Assembly (NCBI GenBank): GCA_965217735.1
Contig: CBDCJE010000001.1
Span: 149,313-213,312 of the forward strand
Direction: 5' to 3'
From: Chthoniobacterales bacterium
GTDB lineage: Bacteria > Verrucomicrobiota > Verrucomicrobiia > Chthoniobacterales > UBA10450
DNA length: 64,000 bases
In this document: piece by piece, positions 18,581 to 28,474 of the stretch
Position numbering within the stretch: position 1 is the first letter of the stretch
Layout: the number at the start of each line of letters is the position of its first letter
Translations under genes and position numbers: made by a program
Notes under the pieces: model-generated
What the model was told of the DNA's origin: nothing
Seen by the model: only the letters and a program-made list of their open reading frames with translations
Database searches by the model: none

Positions 18581-19393
18581 ATGCCGGCGCGGCGCGTCAA
18601 CCGGTCGCCCGCCGGTCGCAAACCGAAGCGGCGCGTCAAAGTGGCCCCCGACGTCGTTCCCACTCGGCGCGCCCTGCCCCCGGCCGGCCCGCTCATGGTC
18701 CCGACCAAGTGGGTCAAATTCATCGCCGCGCTCTTCCTCCTCCCGCTCTGCGCCGTGGTCAGCCAGACCTTTTTCACCTCCTTCGCCCGGGCCACGGTGG
18801 CGGAGCGGCTCTGGGCCGGGGAAGAATTCTGGTTCTTCTCGTTAGGGGTGGTGCTCTGGCTGATCGCTTTTTTTGGCCTGCCGCGCCCGATCGTGCTCTA
18901 CGTCTTCGGCCATGAACTGACCCACGCGCTCTGGGTCTGGATGATGGGAGGACGGGTCAGCCGCTTTCGAGTGAGCCGGAGCGGCGGGCACATTTTGACC
19001 GATAAGAACAACTTCCTCATCGCGCTGGCGCCCTATTTTTTCCCGCTCTACAGCATCCTCGTCCTCGCCCTCTACGGGGCGCTCAGCCTGTTTTTTAACC
19101 TGCAGCCTTTTGGCCGGCTCCTCTATGCCCTGGTCGGCGCGACCTGGGCATTTCACTTGAGCTTTACCTGCTGGATGATCCCGAAAAACCAGAGCGATCT
19201 GAGTGATAACGGCACCGTCTTTTCGCTCGTGGTGATTTATTTGATCAATCTGCTCCTGCTCAGCGTGATGCTGGTGGTGGCTTCACCGCGGATCAACTTC
19301 GAGAGCTTCGGCCACGACATGGTGCGGAACATCGCCAACTTTTCCCACGCCGTGGTCACGCTCTGCGAGGGCTTCAACCGCGGCGCCTGGTAG
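18581..19393 (+). CDS. Polytopic membrane protein with HExxH zincin motif (DUF3267-like putative peptidase)
   Basis: 270 aa. Very basic N-terminus, several TM helices, FGHELTHALW motif. ATG sits 3 nt after the efp stop. Confidence 0.65.
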   Translation: MPARRVNRSPAGRKPKRRVKVAPDVVPTRRALPPAGPLMVPTKWVKFIAALFLLPLCAVVSQTFFTSFARATVAERLWAGEEFWFFSLGVVLWLIAFFGLPRPIVLYVFGHELTHALWVWMMGGRVSRFRVSRSGGHILTDKNNFLIALAPYFFPLYSILVLALYGALSLFFNLQPFGRLLYALVGATWAFHLSFTCWMIPKNQSDLSDNGTVFSLVVIYLINLLLLSVMLVVASPRINFESFGHDMVRNIANFSHAVVTLCEGFNRGAW

Positions 19394-19421
19394 GGCCGGC
19401 GCGCCTTTCAGAAGGAGCCGT

Positions 19422-22262
19422 TTACGACAGCACCGCGAAGGGTAACCGCCCAAACGCCAGCGCTAACCGGAGCGAACCATCCGCGTTCTGCACGCTCTCG
19501 CCGGTAAACAAATCCGTCCCGCCTTTGAATCCTTCCGGCAGCTGCACCGCGGTGTCGCGCCAGAGTTCGCCTAACGGCGGAAACCCAACCCGCGAACTGA
19601 GTCGCGGCGCCAGCACGACGATCACTTTGCCTTCCCATTCCCGGGCAAAGGCCACGCAGCAATCGGCCAATTCCCCCGTCACCTCGAGCGGGCGATAACT
19701 GCCGCGCGCGCAAAGCTCCTGGTTTTCCCGCCGGAAAGTGAGCAACCGCTGGGTCAGGAAAAGCTTGATCCGCCCATCGCGCCAACTGCCTAACAAATCC
19801 TCCGGCGTCGCCTCGCCCAGTCCCTCCAGCATGGCGCCGCGCTGCGCGTAATCGACCGGCCGCCGGTTATCCGGGTCGACCAGGCTGAGGTCCCAAATCT
19901 CATTTCCCTGATAGATATCCGGCACTCCAGGCGAGGTCAGCTTGAGCAGCACCTGGCTCAATGCATTGACCATTCCGGTCTGCGCGACCGCTTCCGCCAC
20001 CGGGAGGAAGCTCTCCAGGAAACGATTGCGTGGTGAAGGATCGAGGATTTTCTCGATGAAGGCAGCGACCGCTCCATCCCAAGCTTCGTTAGGCTGAACC
20101 CAGCTGGTGTTGAGCTTGGCCTCCTTCATCGCCTTGGCCATGTATTGCTGGATGCGCCCGACATATTCGCGCTGCGCCTCCGCGCTCAGCTCCCGATACG
20201 GCTGCAGCGGCCAACTGCCGAGCAGGGTCTGGTAAAGGAGATATTCCTCATTTCCATCCGGCGCTTCGCTTTCGTCGATGGCCCGTCTCCAGCGCCGATT
20301 GGCACTGCGCCATTTGCCTAACGACTTTCGCCACACCTCTGGCAGCTCGGAGATCGCCGCCATCCGGGCGCGGGTATCCTCGCTTCGTTTGGTGTCGTGG
20401 GTGGAGGTGGCGAGGAGGGTCGAGGGCCAATCTTCCTGCCGCTCCGCATTCCGCCGATGAAACTCGGCCACGCTCATCCCGAAGCGCTGCGGCTCACCGC
20501 CCACCTCGTTCAAGGCGGCCAGCCGGTTGTAGATGTAAAAGGCGGTGTCCTCCAGCCCCTTGGCCATGATCGGCCCGGTGATCTGCTGGAATTTGAGCAC
20601 GAAATGGACGTGCTCAGCCCGCGCTTCCTCGTCCAGGTTTTCCGGGAAACGGAAAAGCAGGATGTCGCGCAGGAAATTGAAAACCGATTCTTCCAGCGCG
20701 GGGTTGCGCCGTTTCGCCGTCGAGACCGCGCGCTCGATCACTACCCGATCCGATTCGCTCACCGGATGATCCGGCGCCAGGTAAGTTCGGTAAACCGGGA
20801 AGCAGGCGATCGTTTCCCGCACCGCCATGGTCAGGGCATCGAGGGTATAATCGCGGTACCAACGATTTTTCTCCGAGAGCCGGTCGAACATCGAGCCGAG
20901 GACGTTGACGTCGTTGGCGAGCGACAGCCGCATCACCAGCCGTTTCTTGGCGTAAACCAGATGGCCGAAATGCAGGCTGTGCCCGATGAATTTGTGATAG
21001 GTCGTGATGACCGAGCGCTCGGCCGTACCGTCGACCAGCACGCCGACCGCGTCGTTCATAAAGTCGTAACCGGTCGTGCCGTGAACCGGCCAATCGGCCT
21101 GCAACTGCTCGTCGCCGCTGAGGATTTTCTCCACCACCAGATAGATGGCCCGCTCATCCTCCGGCAACTCTGCCCCGCGCGCCTCCGCCACCCGGCGCTG
21201 CAGCTTATGGAAATATTCGTTAGGCAAATAGAGTCCGTCCGGGTGATCGATCCGCAGCCCGGTGACCGCGCCGCTCCGAACCAGTTCCAGCACCAGCCGA
21301 TGCGCCTCGTCGAAGACCTCGGGCAGTTCCATCCGGATGGCGGCCAGATCGTTGATATCGAAAAAGCGCCGGTAGTTAATCTCCTCCGCCGCCACCCGCC
21401 AAAAGGCGAGCCGATAGGCCTGATCGCTCAGCAACGCATCGAGCCGATCAAAACTGCGCGCCTCGCCCGGGGTGCCGTTGATAATGGTCAGCGCCTGCTC
21501 GATCGCGCCCTGCACTTCCGGCGCCTCCTCGCAGCGGCGCTCGAGCCGTTTCTTGATGATCTCCTTCTCGCGCGCCCGCTCCGCGATCCGCTCCGGATCG
21601 GTCTCGGTCCTCCGAGGCAGATACTCCAGCGCGGTGAAAATGCTCTGCAATTCGGCGTAGAAATCCTCTTCCTTATGCTCGCGCAATTGCTCGAGCGCGA
21701 TCTCGAGAATGTGGCGGTAAGTGCCGGGCGCGATGGGAAATTCGTGGGCGAAATAACGCAGGAAAAAACGGCCGCTCTCGAAATTTACTTTGAGCTCGCC
21801 GCGCTCGAGCACGCGTCCGTATTGATCGCCCAGGATCGGGATGAGCACCTTATCCTGCAGATCGGATTTGAGCGGCTGCCAGTCGATATCGAAATAAGGT
21901 GCGTAAGGCGAACTGGGACCGTTCTCGAGCACATCGGCCCACCAGAGATTAGTCGGCTCGCCGATGCCCATGTGGTTGGGAACGAAATCGAGCACCTGCC
22001 CCATGCCTCGCGCCTGCATTTCCGCCACCCAGGCGTCGTATTCCGCGCGCGAACCGACTGCGGCGTTGAGCGCGTTATGGTCGGTAATGTCGTAGCCGTG
22101 CAGGCTCTCGGCCCGGGCCTGGAAATATGGCGACGCATAACAATCGCTAATCCCGAGCGCGTGCAGATACGGAACGATCTCGCGCGCCTGGTTGAAAGTG
22201 AAGTCGCGGTTGAACTGGAGCCGGTAAGTGGAGCTGGGAATACGAGGCGAAGGTGAACTCAC
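19422..22262 (-). CDS. treY: Malto-oligosyltrehalose synthase (GH13)
   Basis: 946 aa. N-terminus STYRLQFNRDFTFNQAREIVPYLHALGISDCYASPYFQARAESLHGYDITDH is characteristic of TreY. GLRIDHPDGL catalytic block. Confidence 0.9.
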   Translation of the reverse strand: MSSPSPRIPSSTYRLQFNRDFTFNQAREIVPYLHALGISDCYASPYFQARAESLHGYDITDHNALNAAVGSRAEYDAWVAEMQARGMGQVLDFVPNHMGIGEPTNLWWADVLENGPSSPYAPYFDIDWQPLKSDLQDKVLIPILGDQYGRVLERGELKVNFESGRFFLRYFAHEFPIAPGTYRHILEIALEQLREHKEEDFYAELQSIFTALEYLPRRTETDPERIAERAREKEIIKKRLERRCEEAPEVQGAIEQALTIINGTPGEARSFDRLDALLSDQAYRLAFWRVAAEEINYRRFFDINDLAAIRMELPEVFDEAHRLVLELVRSGAVTGLRIDHPDGLYLPNEYFHKLQRRVAEARGAELPEDERAIYLVVEKILSGDEQLQADWPVHGTTGYDFMNDAVGVLVDGTAERSVITTYHKFIGHSLHFGHLVYAKKRLVMRLSLANDVNVLGSMFDRLSEKNRWYRDYTLDALTMAVRETIACFPVYRTYLAPDHPVSESDRVVIERAVSTAKRRNPALEESVFNFLRDILLFRFPENLDEEARAEHVHFVLKFQQITGPIMAKGLEDTAFYIYNRLAALNEVGGEPQRFGMSVAEFHRRNAERQEDWPSTLLATSTHDTKRSEDTRARMAAISELPEVWRKSLGKWRSANRRWRRAIDESEAPDGNEEYLLYQTLLGSWPLQPYRELSAEAQREYVGRIQQYMAKAMKEAKLNTSWVQPNEAWDGAVAAFIEKILDPSPRNRFLESFLPVAEAVAQTGMVNALSQVLLKLTSPGVPDIYQGNEIWDLSLVDPDNRRPVDYAQRGAMLEGLGEATPEDLLGSWRDGRIKLFLTQRLLTFRRENQELCARGSYRPLEVTGELADCCVAFAREWEGKVIVVLAPRLSSRVGFPPLGELWRDTAVQLPEGFKGGTDLFTGESVQNADGSLRLALAFGRLPFAVLS
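20086..20094 (+). repeat. TCGTTAGGC 9-mer, exact copy
   Basis: In treY (minus), Pro-Asn-Glu. Confidence 0.95.
20316..20324 (-). repeat. TCGTTAGGC 9-mer, exact copy (GCCTAACGA on +)
   Basis: In treY (minus), sense orientation, Ser-Leu-Gly. Confidence 0.95.
21217..21225 (+). repeat. TCGTTAGGC 9-mer, exact copy
   Basis: In treY (minus), Pro-Asn-Glu. Confidence 0.95.
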
Positions 22263-22382
22263 AGGATGGCGAACTTAAGAGAAAATCGCTCGATGAACAG
22301 GTTTCGCGCTTGGGAATATCGTCGCCGGGGGCTCTACACGAATCAGCTTGCGTGGTCACGGCCGCACCAGCGGCCTCCCGCG

Positions 22383-24089
22383 TTACATCTTTTCCGGGAC
22401 CTTGATTCCGAGGAGCTCGAGGCCTTTTTGCAGGACCCGGGCGGTCAGCTCGCATAAGGCAAGACGGGTGCTGCGCGCGGGCTCCTCGGATTTCAGGACC
22501 GGACACGCTTCGTAAAAGGCGTGGAAGGCGTTGGCCAGCTCGAAGAGGTAATTGGCCAGCAGGTTAGGACGAAAATCGTTCAACACCTGCGGCACAGTCT
22601 CGCCAAACTGGGCCAGGCGCTTGGCCAGGTTCAACTCGGCCGGCTCGGTCAGGATGAGCTCGTTAGGGGCAGAAAAGGCTTCGCCCGCCTTGCGGAATAT
22701 CGAGCGGATGCGCACGTAGGCGTTCTGCAAATAGGGCGCGGTGTTGCCCTGGAACGAGAGCATCCGATCCCAGGAAAAAACGTAATCGGTCATCCGATAC
22801 TGCGAGAGGTCGGCATATTTGACCGCGCCGATCCCGATCGTTCTTGCGATCTGATCTTTCTCCTCCGCCGGCAGCTCGGGATTCTTCTCCTGCACGATTT
22901 TCTGGGCGCGCAGGACCGCTTCATCGAGCACTTGGCGCAACGGCACGTTGTCGCCCGAGCGGGTTTTCATCAGCTTGCGGTCCTCGCCCAAAATGCTGCC
23001 ATGAGTGATGTGGCGGAAATCGGCGGTGAACCCTTCTCGCCGCGCGATCTCGAAGATTTGCTTGAAATGCAGGAGCTGCGGCGCGCCGGTCACGATCCAG
23101 ATTGTGTCCGCGCCGAGGTCGCCAAGGCGGTAATCGATCGTCGCGATATCGGTTGTGGCGTAATTGAAACCGCCGTCGCTTTTCTGAATAATGGCGGGCC
23201 GCTCGGCCAGCTCGGGGATCTCGCGAAAGAAGACGCAGACGGCGCCTTCGCTCGTCTCGGCCAGGCCGGATTTCTGTAGCCGCTCGACCACTCCCGGGAG
23301 CCGATCGTTATAAAAACTCTCGCCGCGCTGGAGGTCGTAATGGATGTCGAGAAGGTCGTAAGCGGCTTCAAATTCCCGCATCGAAAGCCCGACGCACTCC
23401 TGCCAGATGCGGACGTTTTCCTCATCGCCGGCCTGAAGCCTGACGAGTTCGCCGCGGCAGGCGTCGCGCACCGCTGGGTCGGTCTTGGTCAGTTCGTTCG
23501 CGCTTTTGTAAATCCGGACCAGCTCGGCAATCGGATCGCGCGCCAGCGCTTCGCGGTCGAGCAGGTGTTTCCAGCCGTAGATGACCATGCCGAACTGCGT
23601 GCCCCAGTCGCCGATGTGGTTATCGCGAATGACATCGTGCCCGAGGAAGCTGGCGATGCGGGCGAGGGCATCGCCCAGCACTATGCTGCGGATGTGGCCG
23701 ACGTGCATCGGCTTGGCCACGTTGGGCGAGCCGAAGTCGATCACGATCCGACGCGGTCTCTCGGTCCGTGGCACGCCGAGGCGGTCGTCCTGCAAAAGCT
23801 GCGCCGCCTGCCGCGCGATCGCGCTGGGTTTGAGGGTGAAATTGATGAACCCCGCGCCGGCCATGGTGGGCGGTTCGGCCAATTCCGACACCTCGAGCTG
23901 ATCGATAATCTGCTGCGCCAGGGCGCGCGGATTTTCGCCCCGTTGCTTGGCCAGAACGAGCGCGGCATTTGTCTGGTAATCACCGAAGCGCGCATCGGTC
24001 GCGGGAACGACCTCGCCGGCCGCCGGCAGGTCAGCCGCGGTCAGCGCCTGAGTGAGCGCCTGTTTCAGTAAGAGCTGGAACGTTTCCAT
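22383..24089 (-). CDS. argS: Arginine--tRNA ligase
   Basis: 568 aa. HIGH-type motif PNVAKPMHVGHIRS; KMKTRSG (KMSKS-like); anticodon-binding C-terminus ending PEKM. Confidence 0.95.
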   Translation of the reverse strand: METFQLLLKQALTQALTAADLPAAGEVVPATDARFGDYQTNAALVLAKQRGENPRALAQQIIDQLEVSELAEPPTMAGAGFINFTLKPSAIARQAAQLLQDDRLGVPRTERPRRIVIDFGSPNVAKPMHVGHIRSIVLGDALARIASFLGHDVIRDNHIGDWGTQFGMVIYGWKHLLDREALARDPIAELVRIYKSANELTKTDPAVRDACRGELVRLQAGDEENVRIWQECVGLSMREFEAAYDLLDIHYDLQRGESFYNDRLPGVVERLQKSGLAETSEGAVCVFFREIPELAERPAIIQKSDGGFNYATTDIATIDYRLGDLGADTIWIVTGAPQLLHFKQIFEIARREGFTADFRHITHGSILGEDRKLMKTRSGDNVPLRQVLDEAVLRAQKIVQEKNPELPAEEKDQIARTIGIGAVKYADLSQYRMTDYVFSWDRMLSFQGNTAPYLQNAYVRIRSIFRKAGEAFSAPNELILTEPAELNLAKRLAQFGETVPQVLNDFRPNLLANYLFELANAFHAFYEACPVLKSEEPARSTRLALCELTARVLQKGLELLGIKVPEKM

Positions 24090-24151
24090 CGAAGAAATGC
24101 CGCCGAATTTCCCGCGCCTTCGCCGGAGCGTTTCGGCCGGCGGTCGACCCC

Positions 24152-24616
24152 TTACTTCTGCGCGCGCTCCTGGAAGACGGCCAGGATCTCTTCTTTGGTC
24201 GAGGCCGCGGCCAGGCTTTCGCGCACCGAGCGATCGTTGAGGAATTTGGCGATCGAAGCCAGAGTGCGGAGATGGGTTTGAAACTGATTCTTTGGCACGA
24301 CGAAGAGGACGACGAACTTGACCGGAGCGTTATCGAGCGCGTCGAATTCGATCCCCTGGGTGGAGCGTCCAAAGGCCGCCACCACCTCGGTCACGGCGTC
24401 GGAGGAAGCGTGCGGGATGGCGATGCCGAAGCCGATCCCGGTGCTCATGGTTTCTTCGCGCTGTTTGAGGGCGGCGAGGATGCCGTCGCGGCTGGCGGCA
24501 TCGATTCTTTTCTGGGCTACGAGCAGGTCGATCAGCTCCACAATGGCGGGCCAACGCTCGGTCGCCTGCATTTCGGGAATGATCTGCTCGGAAGTTAAAA
24601 GGCTGGCCAAAGACAT
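24152..24616 (-). CDS. ptsN: PTS EIIA(Ntr)-type nitrogen regulatory protein
   Basis: ORF 24152..24814 trimmed to ATG 24616 (MSLASLLTSEQIIPEM...). Active-site region GIGFGIAIPHA. 154 aa. Confidence 0.8.
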   Translation of the reverse strand: MSLASLLTSEQIIPEMQATERWPAIVELIDLLVAQKRIDAASRDGILAALKQREETMSTGIGFGIAIPHASSDAVTEVVAAFGRSTQGIEFDALDNAPVKFVVLFVVPKNQFQTHLRTLASIAKFLNDRSVRESLAAASTKEEILAVFQERAQK

Positions 24617-24719
24617 GCGGTTTTTCCGAGTGGAGCGAAAGCTTAGCGTCAGAGGTTGGGATGACAAGGGCAATGCTGCTTTAGGCGCGGCCGCGGACGA
24701 GGCTTCGTCGCCGGCTGCG

Positions 24720-25433
24720 TTATCGGTCCGGTTTAAGATGATAACTGAGCTGGCGCGAAAGCAGCCAGCGCACCCCAAACATATCCACGGTGGCGCGGAC
24801 GGCGCGATTGCCAAGGCCGTATTTGCTCAGGCCGTACTGGCGCGGGCGATGGTTGACCGGCACCTCGACCAGATGGTAGCCGGCGCCTTTGACCAGGGCG
24901 GGAATGAAGCGGTGCATGCCCTTGAAGGGGACCAGCGTGCGGACGCATTCCCGCCGCATCGCCTTCAGGGTGCAGCCGGTGTCGCGCACCCCGTCCCTGG
25001 TGAAACGGCTGCGGACGAAATTGGCGATCCGGCTGGTTAGGCGCTTGACCAGGGTATCCTTGCGTTTGGCCCGATAGCCGCAGACCAGGTCCGCTCCGCG
25101 CTCGATCTCGGCCAGAAGTTTCGGAATATCGGCCGGGTCGTTTTGCAGGTCGCCATCGATCAGGATGACGATGGAGCCGCGAGCGGCATTCGCCCCGGCA
25201 TACATGGCTGCGCTTTGCCCGGCGTTGCGCTCAAATTGCAGCACTCGCACTTCCGGGGTTTTGGTGAGGCGTTCCAGCGTCCGATCGGTCGAACCATCGT
25301 CGACGAAGATCAACTCGTGCGCGATGCCGGCCAGGGCCGCGCTCAATTCGCTCTGCAGAATGGGCACGTTTTCCTCCTCGTTATAGAGCGGGATGACGAC
25401 GGAAACGGCGGGCGGCGTGGAAGCGTCACTCAT
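24720..25433 (-). CDS. Glycosyltransferase family 2, polyprenyl-phosphate sugar transferase (ArnC/DPM1-like)
   Basis: 237 aa. VSVVIPLYNEEENV, FVDDGSTDRT, ILIDGDLQNDP. C-terminal membrane segment. Confidence 0.88.
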   Translation of the reverse strand: MSDASTPPAVSVVIPLYNEEENVPILQSELSAALAGIAHELIFVDDGSTDRTLERLTKTPEVRVLQFERNAGQSAAMYAGANAARGSIVILIDGDLQNDPADIPKLLAEIERGADLVCGYRAKRKDTLVKRLTSRIANFVRSRFTRDGVRDTGCTLKAMRRECVRTLVPFKGMHRFIPALVKGAGYHLVEVPVNHRPRQYGLSKYGLGNRAVRATVDMFGVRWLLSRQLSYHLKPDR

Positions 25434-27004
25434 AACGGCAGCGTCCGATAATCGTAGCAGGCGAAGACCTGCACTTCGCGCAAAAGTCGCGCGCCAGCCT
25501 GGACCTTGATCGTAGCGATCGGCTCGGTGCGGGCAAAGGCGTCGCGAATATGCCGCGGCGGCCGCTCCCGTTTTCCGACCTGGAAGTAGAGCGCGGTCCG
25601 GCCGACGAACAGGTTCACCCCGTCCTCCTCGGAGTAGAAATCGTTTGAGGCGCGTTTGATCGTGGGGGAGAGCGGGACGAACTCGTCGTAGCGTGGCCAG
25701 AAGGAGAACTGATTAATCATGTCCTGCGACTCCGGGATGTAGACCGGCGGGTGGCCCGGGCCTTCGACCCGTTTATCGGTCAGGTAAAAGGCCAGCTCGG
25801 CGGCGCGATCCCGCTCATCGGCGATGAGGAAAACGCGGCTCCCGGTGCGCCTTTCAAAATCGCTCCGCAATTTGCTCGCGGCCCGGCCGAGCGAGGCCCA
25901 GCCGCGCAGGCGATCAGTGGGATCCTGGCCGCTGCGTTCGAATCCGACCGGATGAGCCATGAAACCAATGAGCAGCGCGCTCATGAGGAGGGAAATGAAG
26001 ACAGCCGCGTTCGTCCAATGATACGCGGCGGTGCGAGAAGCGGCGCGTTCGCGCCAATAAGAGACGGCAAGAATGGAGAGGCTGAGAAAGGCGAGGCCGT
26101 CCCAGTTGGGTGCGGCCGCTTTATTGAAGGAAAGGACGAGGTAGATGAGGAAGACGGGCAGACCGAACCAGAGGAGGAAAAGCACCTTGAAATTCTGCTG
26201 CGCCCGCCGCCAGCTGCCGATGGTGGCCCAGACGAGGCCGAGGAAGAGCAAGGGCGAGTAAACCGCGAAATGTTCGCCCAGGAAAATCAGCAACTCGAGC
26301 GGATGAAAGCCGGGCGCGTGATCGAGGCTGCCACGCGATTTCAGGTGGGCGACGGTGATCCAGGCGTGGCGTGAATTCCAGAGAATGGGCGGAATGGTGC
26401 AGACCGCGACCACGAGCAGGAGCAGATACAGATTCGGGCGTTTGAATTCGCGCCGCAGCCGCCGGGTGAAGAGGAGCACGAGCAAGATGGAGATCAGCTC
26501 AAGGGCATTGGTGAATTTACAGAGGAACCCGAGCCCGATGAGCAGGCCGGTCAGGAGCCACCACCAGGAGAAGGCCGGCGAGCGCTCCAAGGCCAGCCAG
26601 AAGGTGTAAAACGCCGCCACCCAAAAAAAGATCGAGAGCGGATCGATGGTGAGGACGAGACTGCCGAGGTTGAAGATCGGGGTGATATTGAGCGCGAGCA
26701 CCGTCCAGAAACCCGCCATCGAGCTGAAGAGCCGCTGGGCGAAATAATAGAGGAGCAGACTCGTCCCCGCGGCCAGGATCGGGCTCCAGAAACGCACGCC
26801 GAATTCGTTATCGCCAAAGATCGCGACGCTGGAGCGAATGACGAAGGCCACTCCGGGGCCTTTGCTAAAATAAGAGAGCGCCGGCCGCTGCGCCCACATC
26901 CAATAGTAGGCTTCATCGGGGGAGAGCTGGGTGGCGTTGAGCATGGTCAGCCGGATCGCCGTCAGCACCAGAATAAAGATCCAGACTGCGCGTGTTGTGC
27001 TCAT
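25430..27004 (-). CDS. ArnT/PMT-like membrane glycosyltransferase (GT39/GT83 type)
   Basis: 524 aa, polytopic. N-terminal LSPDEAYYWMWAQRPALSYFSKGPG block typical of the family. 4-nt overlaps with both neighbouring genes. Confidence 0.8.
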   Translation of the reverse strand: MSTTRAVWIFILVLTAIRLTMLNATQLSPDEAYYWMWAQRPALSYFSKGPGVAFVIRSSVAIFGDNEFGVRFWSPILAAGTSLLLYYFAQRLFSSMAGFWTVLALNITPIFNLGSLVLTIDPLSIFFWVAAFYTFWLALERSPAFSWWWLLTGLLIGLGFLCKFTNALELISILLVLLFTRRLRREFKRPNLYLLLLVVAVCTIPPILWNSRHAWITVAHLKSRGSLDHAPGFHPLELLIFLGEHFAVYSPLLFLGLVWATIGSWRRAQQNFKVLFLLWFGLPVFLIYLVLSFNKAAAPNWDGLAFLSLSILAVSYWRERAASRTAAYHWTNAAVFISLLMSALLIGFMAHPVGFERSGQDPTDRLRGWASLGRAASKLRSDFERRTGSRVFLIADERDRAAELAFYLTDKRVEGPGHPPVYIPESQDMINQFSFWPRYDEFVPLSPTIKRASNDFYSEEDGVNLFVGRTALYFQVGKRERPPRHIRDAFARTEPIATIKVQAGARLLREVQVFACYDYRTLPL

Positions 27005-27651
27005 GAAATGGCGTTACCGACCAGCCGCGGGTGGCGCTGGAAAAACTGCGGCGCCCACTTCGCCATGGCCCAGCGATAGAGCGCCTCGAGCAGCGCGAGG
27101 ATGAAAGCGGTCGTGCCGGCGGCGAGGAAGAACGTCGCCGCCACGTCGCTCGGCCAGTGCGCCCCGAGATAAATCCGCGACCAGGCGATGGCGAGCGCGA
27201 AAAGGAAATAGAGCCAGCCCCAGCGCCGGTAGAAGAAGGAGAGAATCACGGCCACGGTCACGTTATTCGTCACATGGCCGGAAGGGAAAGAGCGTCCCGA
27301 GCGCACCCGGCCGCTGGGATTGGAATAGTGGATCGTGACCGGCAGGAAAAGGGCGTGGAATGCCGGATGCGCCTTGGCCAGTTGCACCATCCGCACCCGC
27401 TCCATCTGCTTCGGTCGGGCGCGATCGACATATTTCTTCAGCCCATCGGTCAGGCTGGCATTGAGCAAAAGGGCGATAGCGAGGCAGAAAACGAGCGCCT
27501 TGCCCTTGAACCCGGCAAAGATCAGCGCATACAGCCCGAGCAGCACGAGCAACGGCTTCCAGATCTCGACGTTGCTGATCGCGGCCATGAACAAGTCGAG
27601 CGCGGGATGCGTCCATTGCTGGTTAATGAGATGAAAGATGGTCTGATCCAC
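27001..27651 (-). CDS. PAP2-superfamily lipid phosphatase
   Basis: 216 aa. PAP2 motifs KKYVDRARP, SFPSGHV, SRIYLGAHWPSDV. Confidence 0.85.
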   Translation of the reverse strand: MDQTIFHLINQQWTHPALDLFMAAISNVEIWKPLLVLLGLYALIFAGFKGKALVFCLAIALLLNASLTDGLKKYVDRARPKQMERVRMVQLAKAHPAFHALFLPVTIHYSNPSGRVRSGRSFPSGHVTNNVTVAVILSFFYRRWGWLYFLFALAIAWSRIYLGAHWPSDVAATFFLAAGTTAFILALLEALYRWAMAKWAPQFFQRHPRLVGNAIS

Positions 27652-27725
27652 GCGTGAGTCTCCCGAAACGGCCGTCCGAACTTCTGCACTTAAAGCTGAA
27701 CACTCAAAACTTAAAGCCCACGTTC

Positions 27726-28400
27726 ATGTTCAAAACGCTCGCTCTCCTCTGCGCCCTCGCTCTCGCCACCGCCACCTTGGAAGCGGCCGCTCCGCCGCCG
27801 GCCCGCGCCATTCTCGATCAGGTCCGGCTGCAACAATCGCAACAAGTGCTCGACCTGCAGGGGCAGCTCCGGACCGATGGCCAAGTCATTCCTTTTCGCC
27901 TCACCCAGACTGGCCCGATCATTCGCTACACTTTTGCCAACCCGCCCGAGACCGTGCAGCTCCGCCTCGAGGATAACGGCGCCCGGCTCGATCTGGTGCA
28001 GCAGTACAGCATGAAAAAATTTGCCAGCTCGCGCCTGGACGAGAAGATCGGCGGCAGCGCCGTCACCTACGGCGATCTGGCCCTGAAGTTCCTTTATTGG
28101 CCAAAGGCCCAGGTTATCGGAGCCGACACCCTGCGCACCCGCAACTGCTGGAAGCTGCGCCTCCTCGCGCCGGACCGGCAGGCGGAATACGCCACCGTCA
28201 TCCTCTGGGTCGACAAAGAGAGCGGCGCACTGATGCGGATGGAAGGCTACAACGCCAAAGGCCAGCTCGCGAAACGGTTTGAGGTCGTCTCGGCGCAGAA
28301 GATCGATGGGCGCTGGTTTCTCAAGCAGATGCGGATCGAAGAGATGCAGCCGGGGACGAACAAGGTCCGGATTCGCAGCTATCTCGAGATCAAGAAATAA
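27726..28400 (+). CDS. Outer-membrane lipoprotein-sorting (LolA-like) family protein, secreted
   Basis: ORF 27654..28400 trimmed to ATG 27726 (MFKTLALLCALALATATLEA signal peptide). C-terminal CWKLRLLAP...ILWVDKESGALMRMEGYNAKGQLAKRFE pattern. Confidence 0.65.
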   Translation: MFKTLALLCALALATATLEAAAPPPARAILDQVRLQQSQQVLDLQGQLRTDGQVIPFRLTQTGPIIRYTFANPPETVQLRLEDNGARLDLVQQYSMKKFASSRLDEKIGGSAVTYGDLALKFLYWPKAQVIGADTLRTRNCWKLRLLAPDRQAEYATVILWVDKESGALMRMEGYNAKGQLAKRFEVVSAQKIDGRWFLKQMRIEEMQPGTNKVRIRSYLEIKK

Positions 28401-28474
28401 ACGCCGCCGGGGCGGGGACTGGAACAATTCTCCTGCGCGGTTGAGCAAAACCTAAAAGAACGTATGAATCCCGG

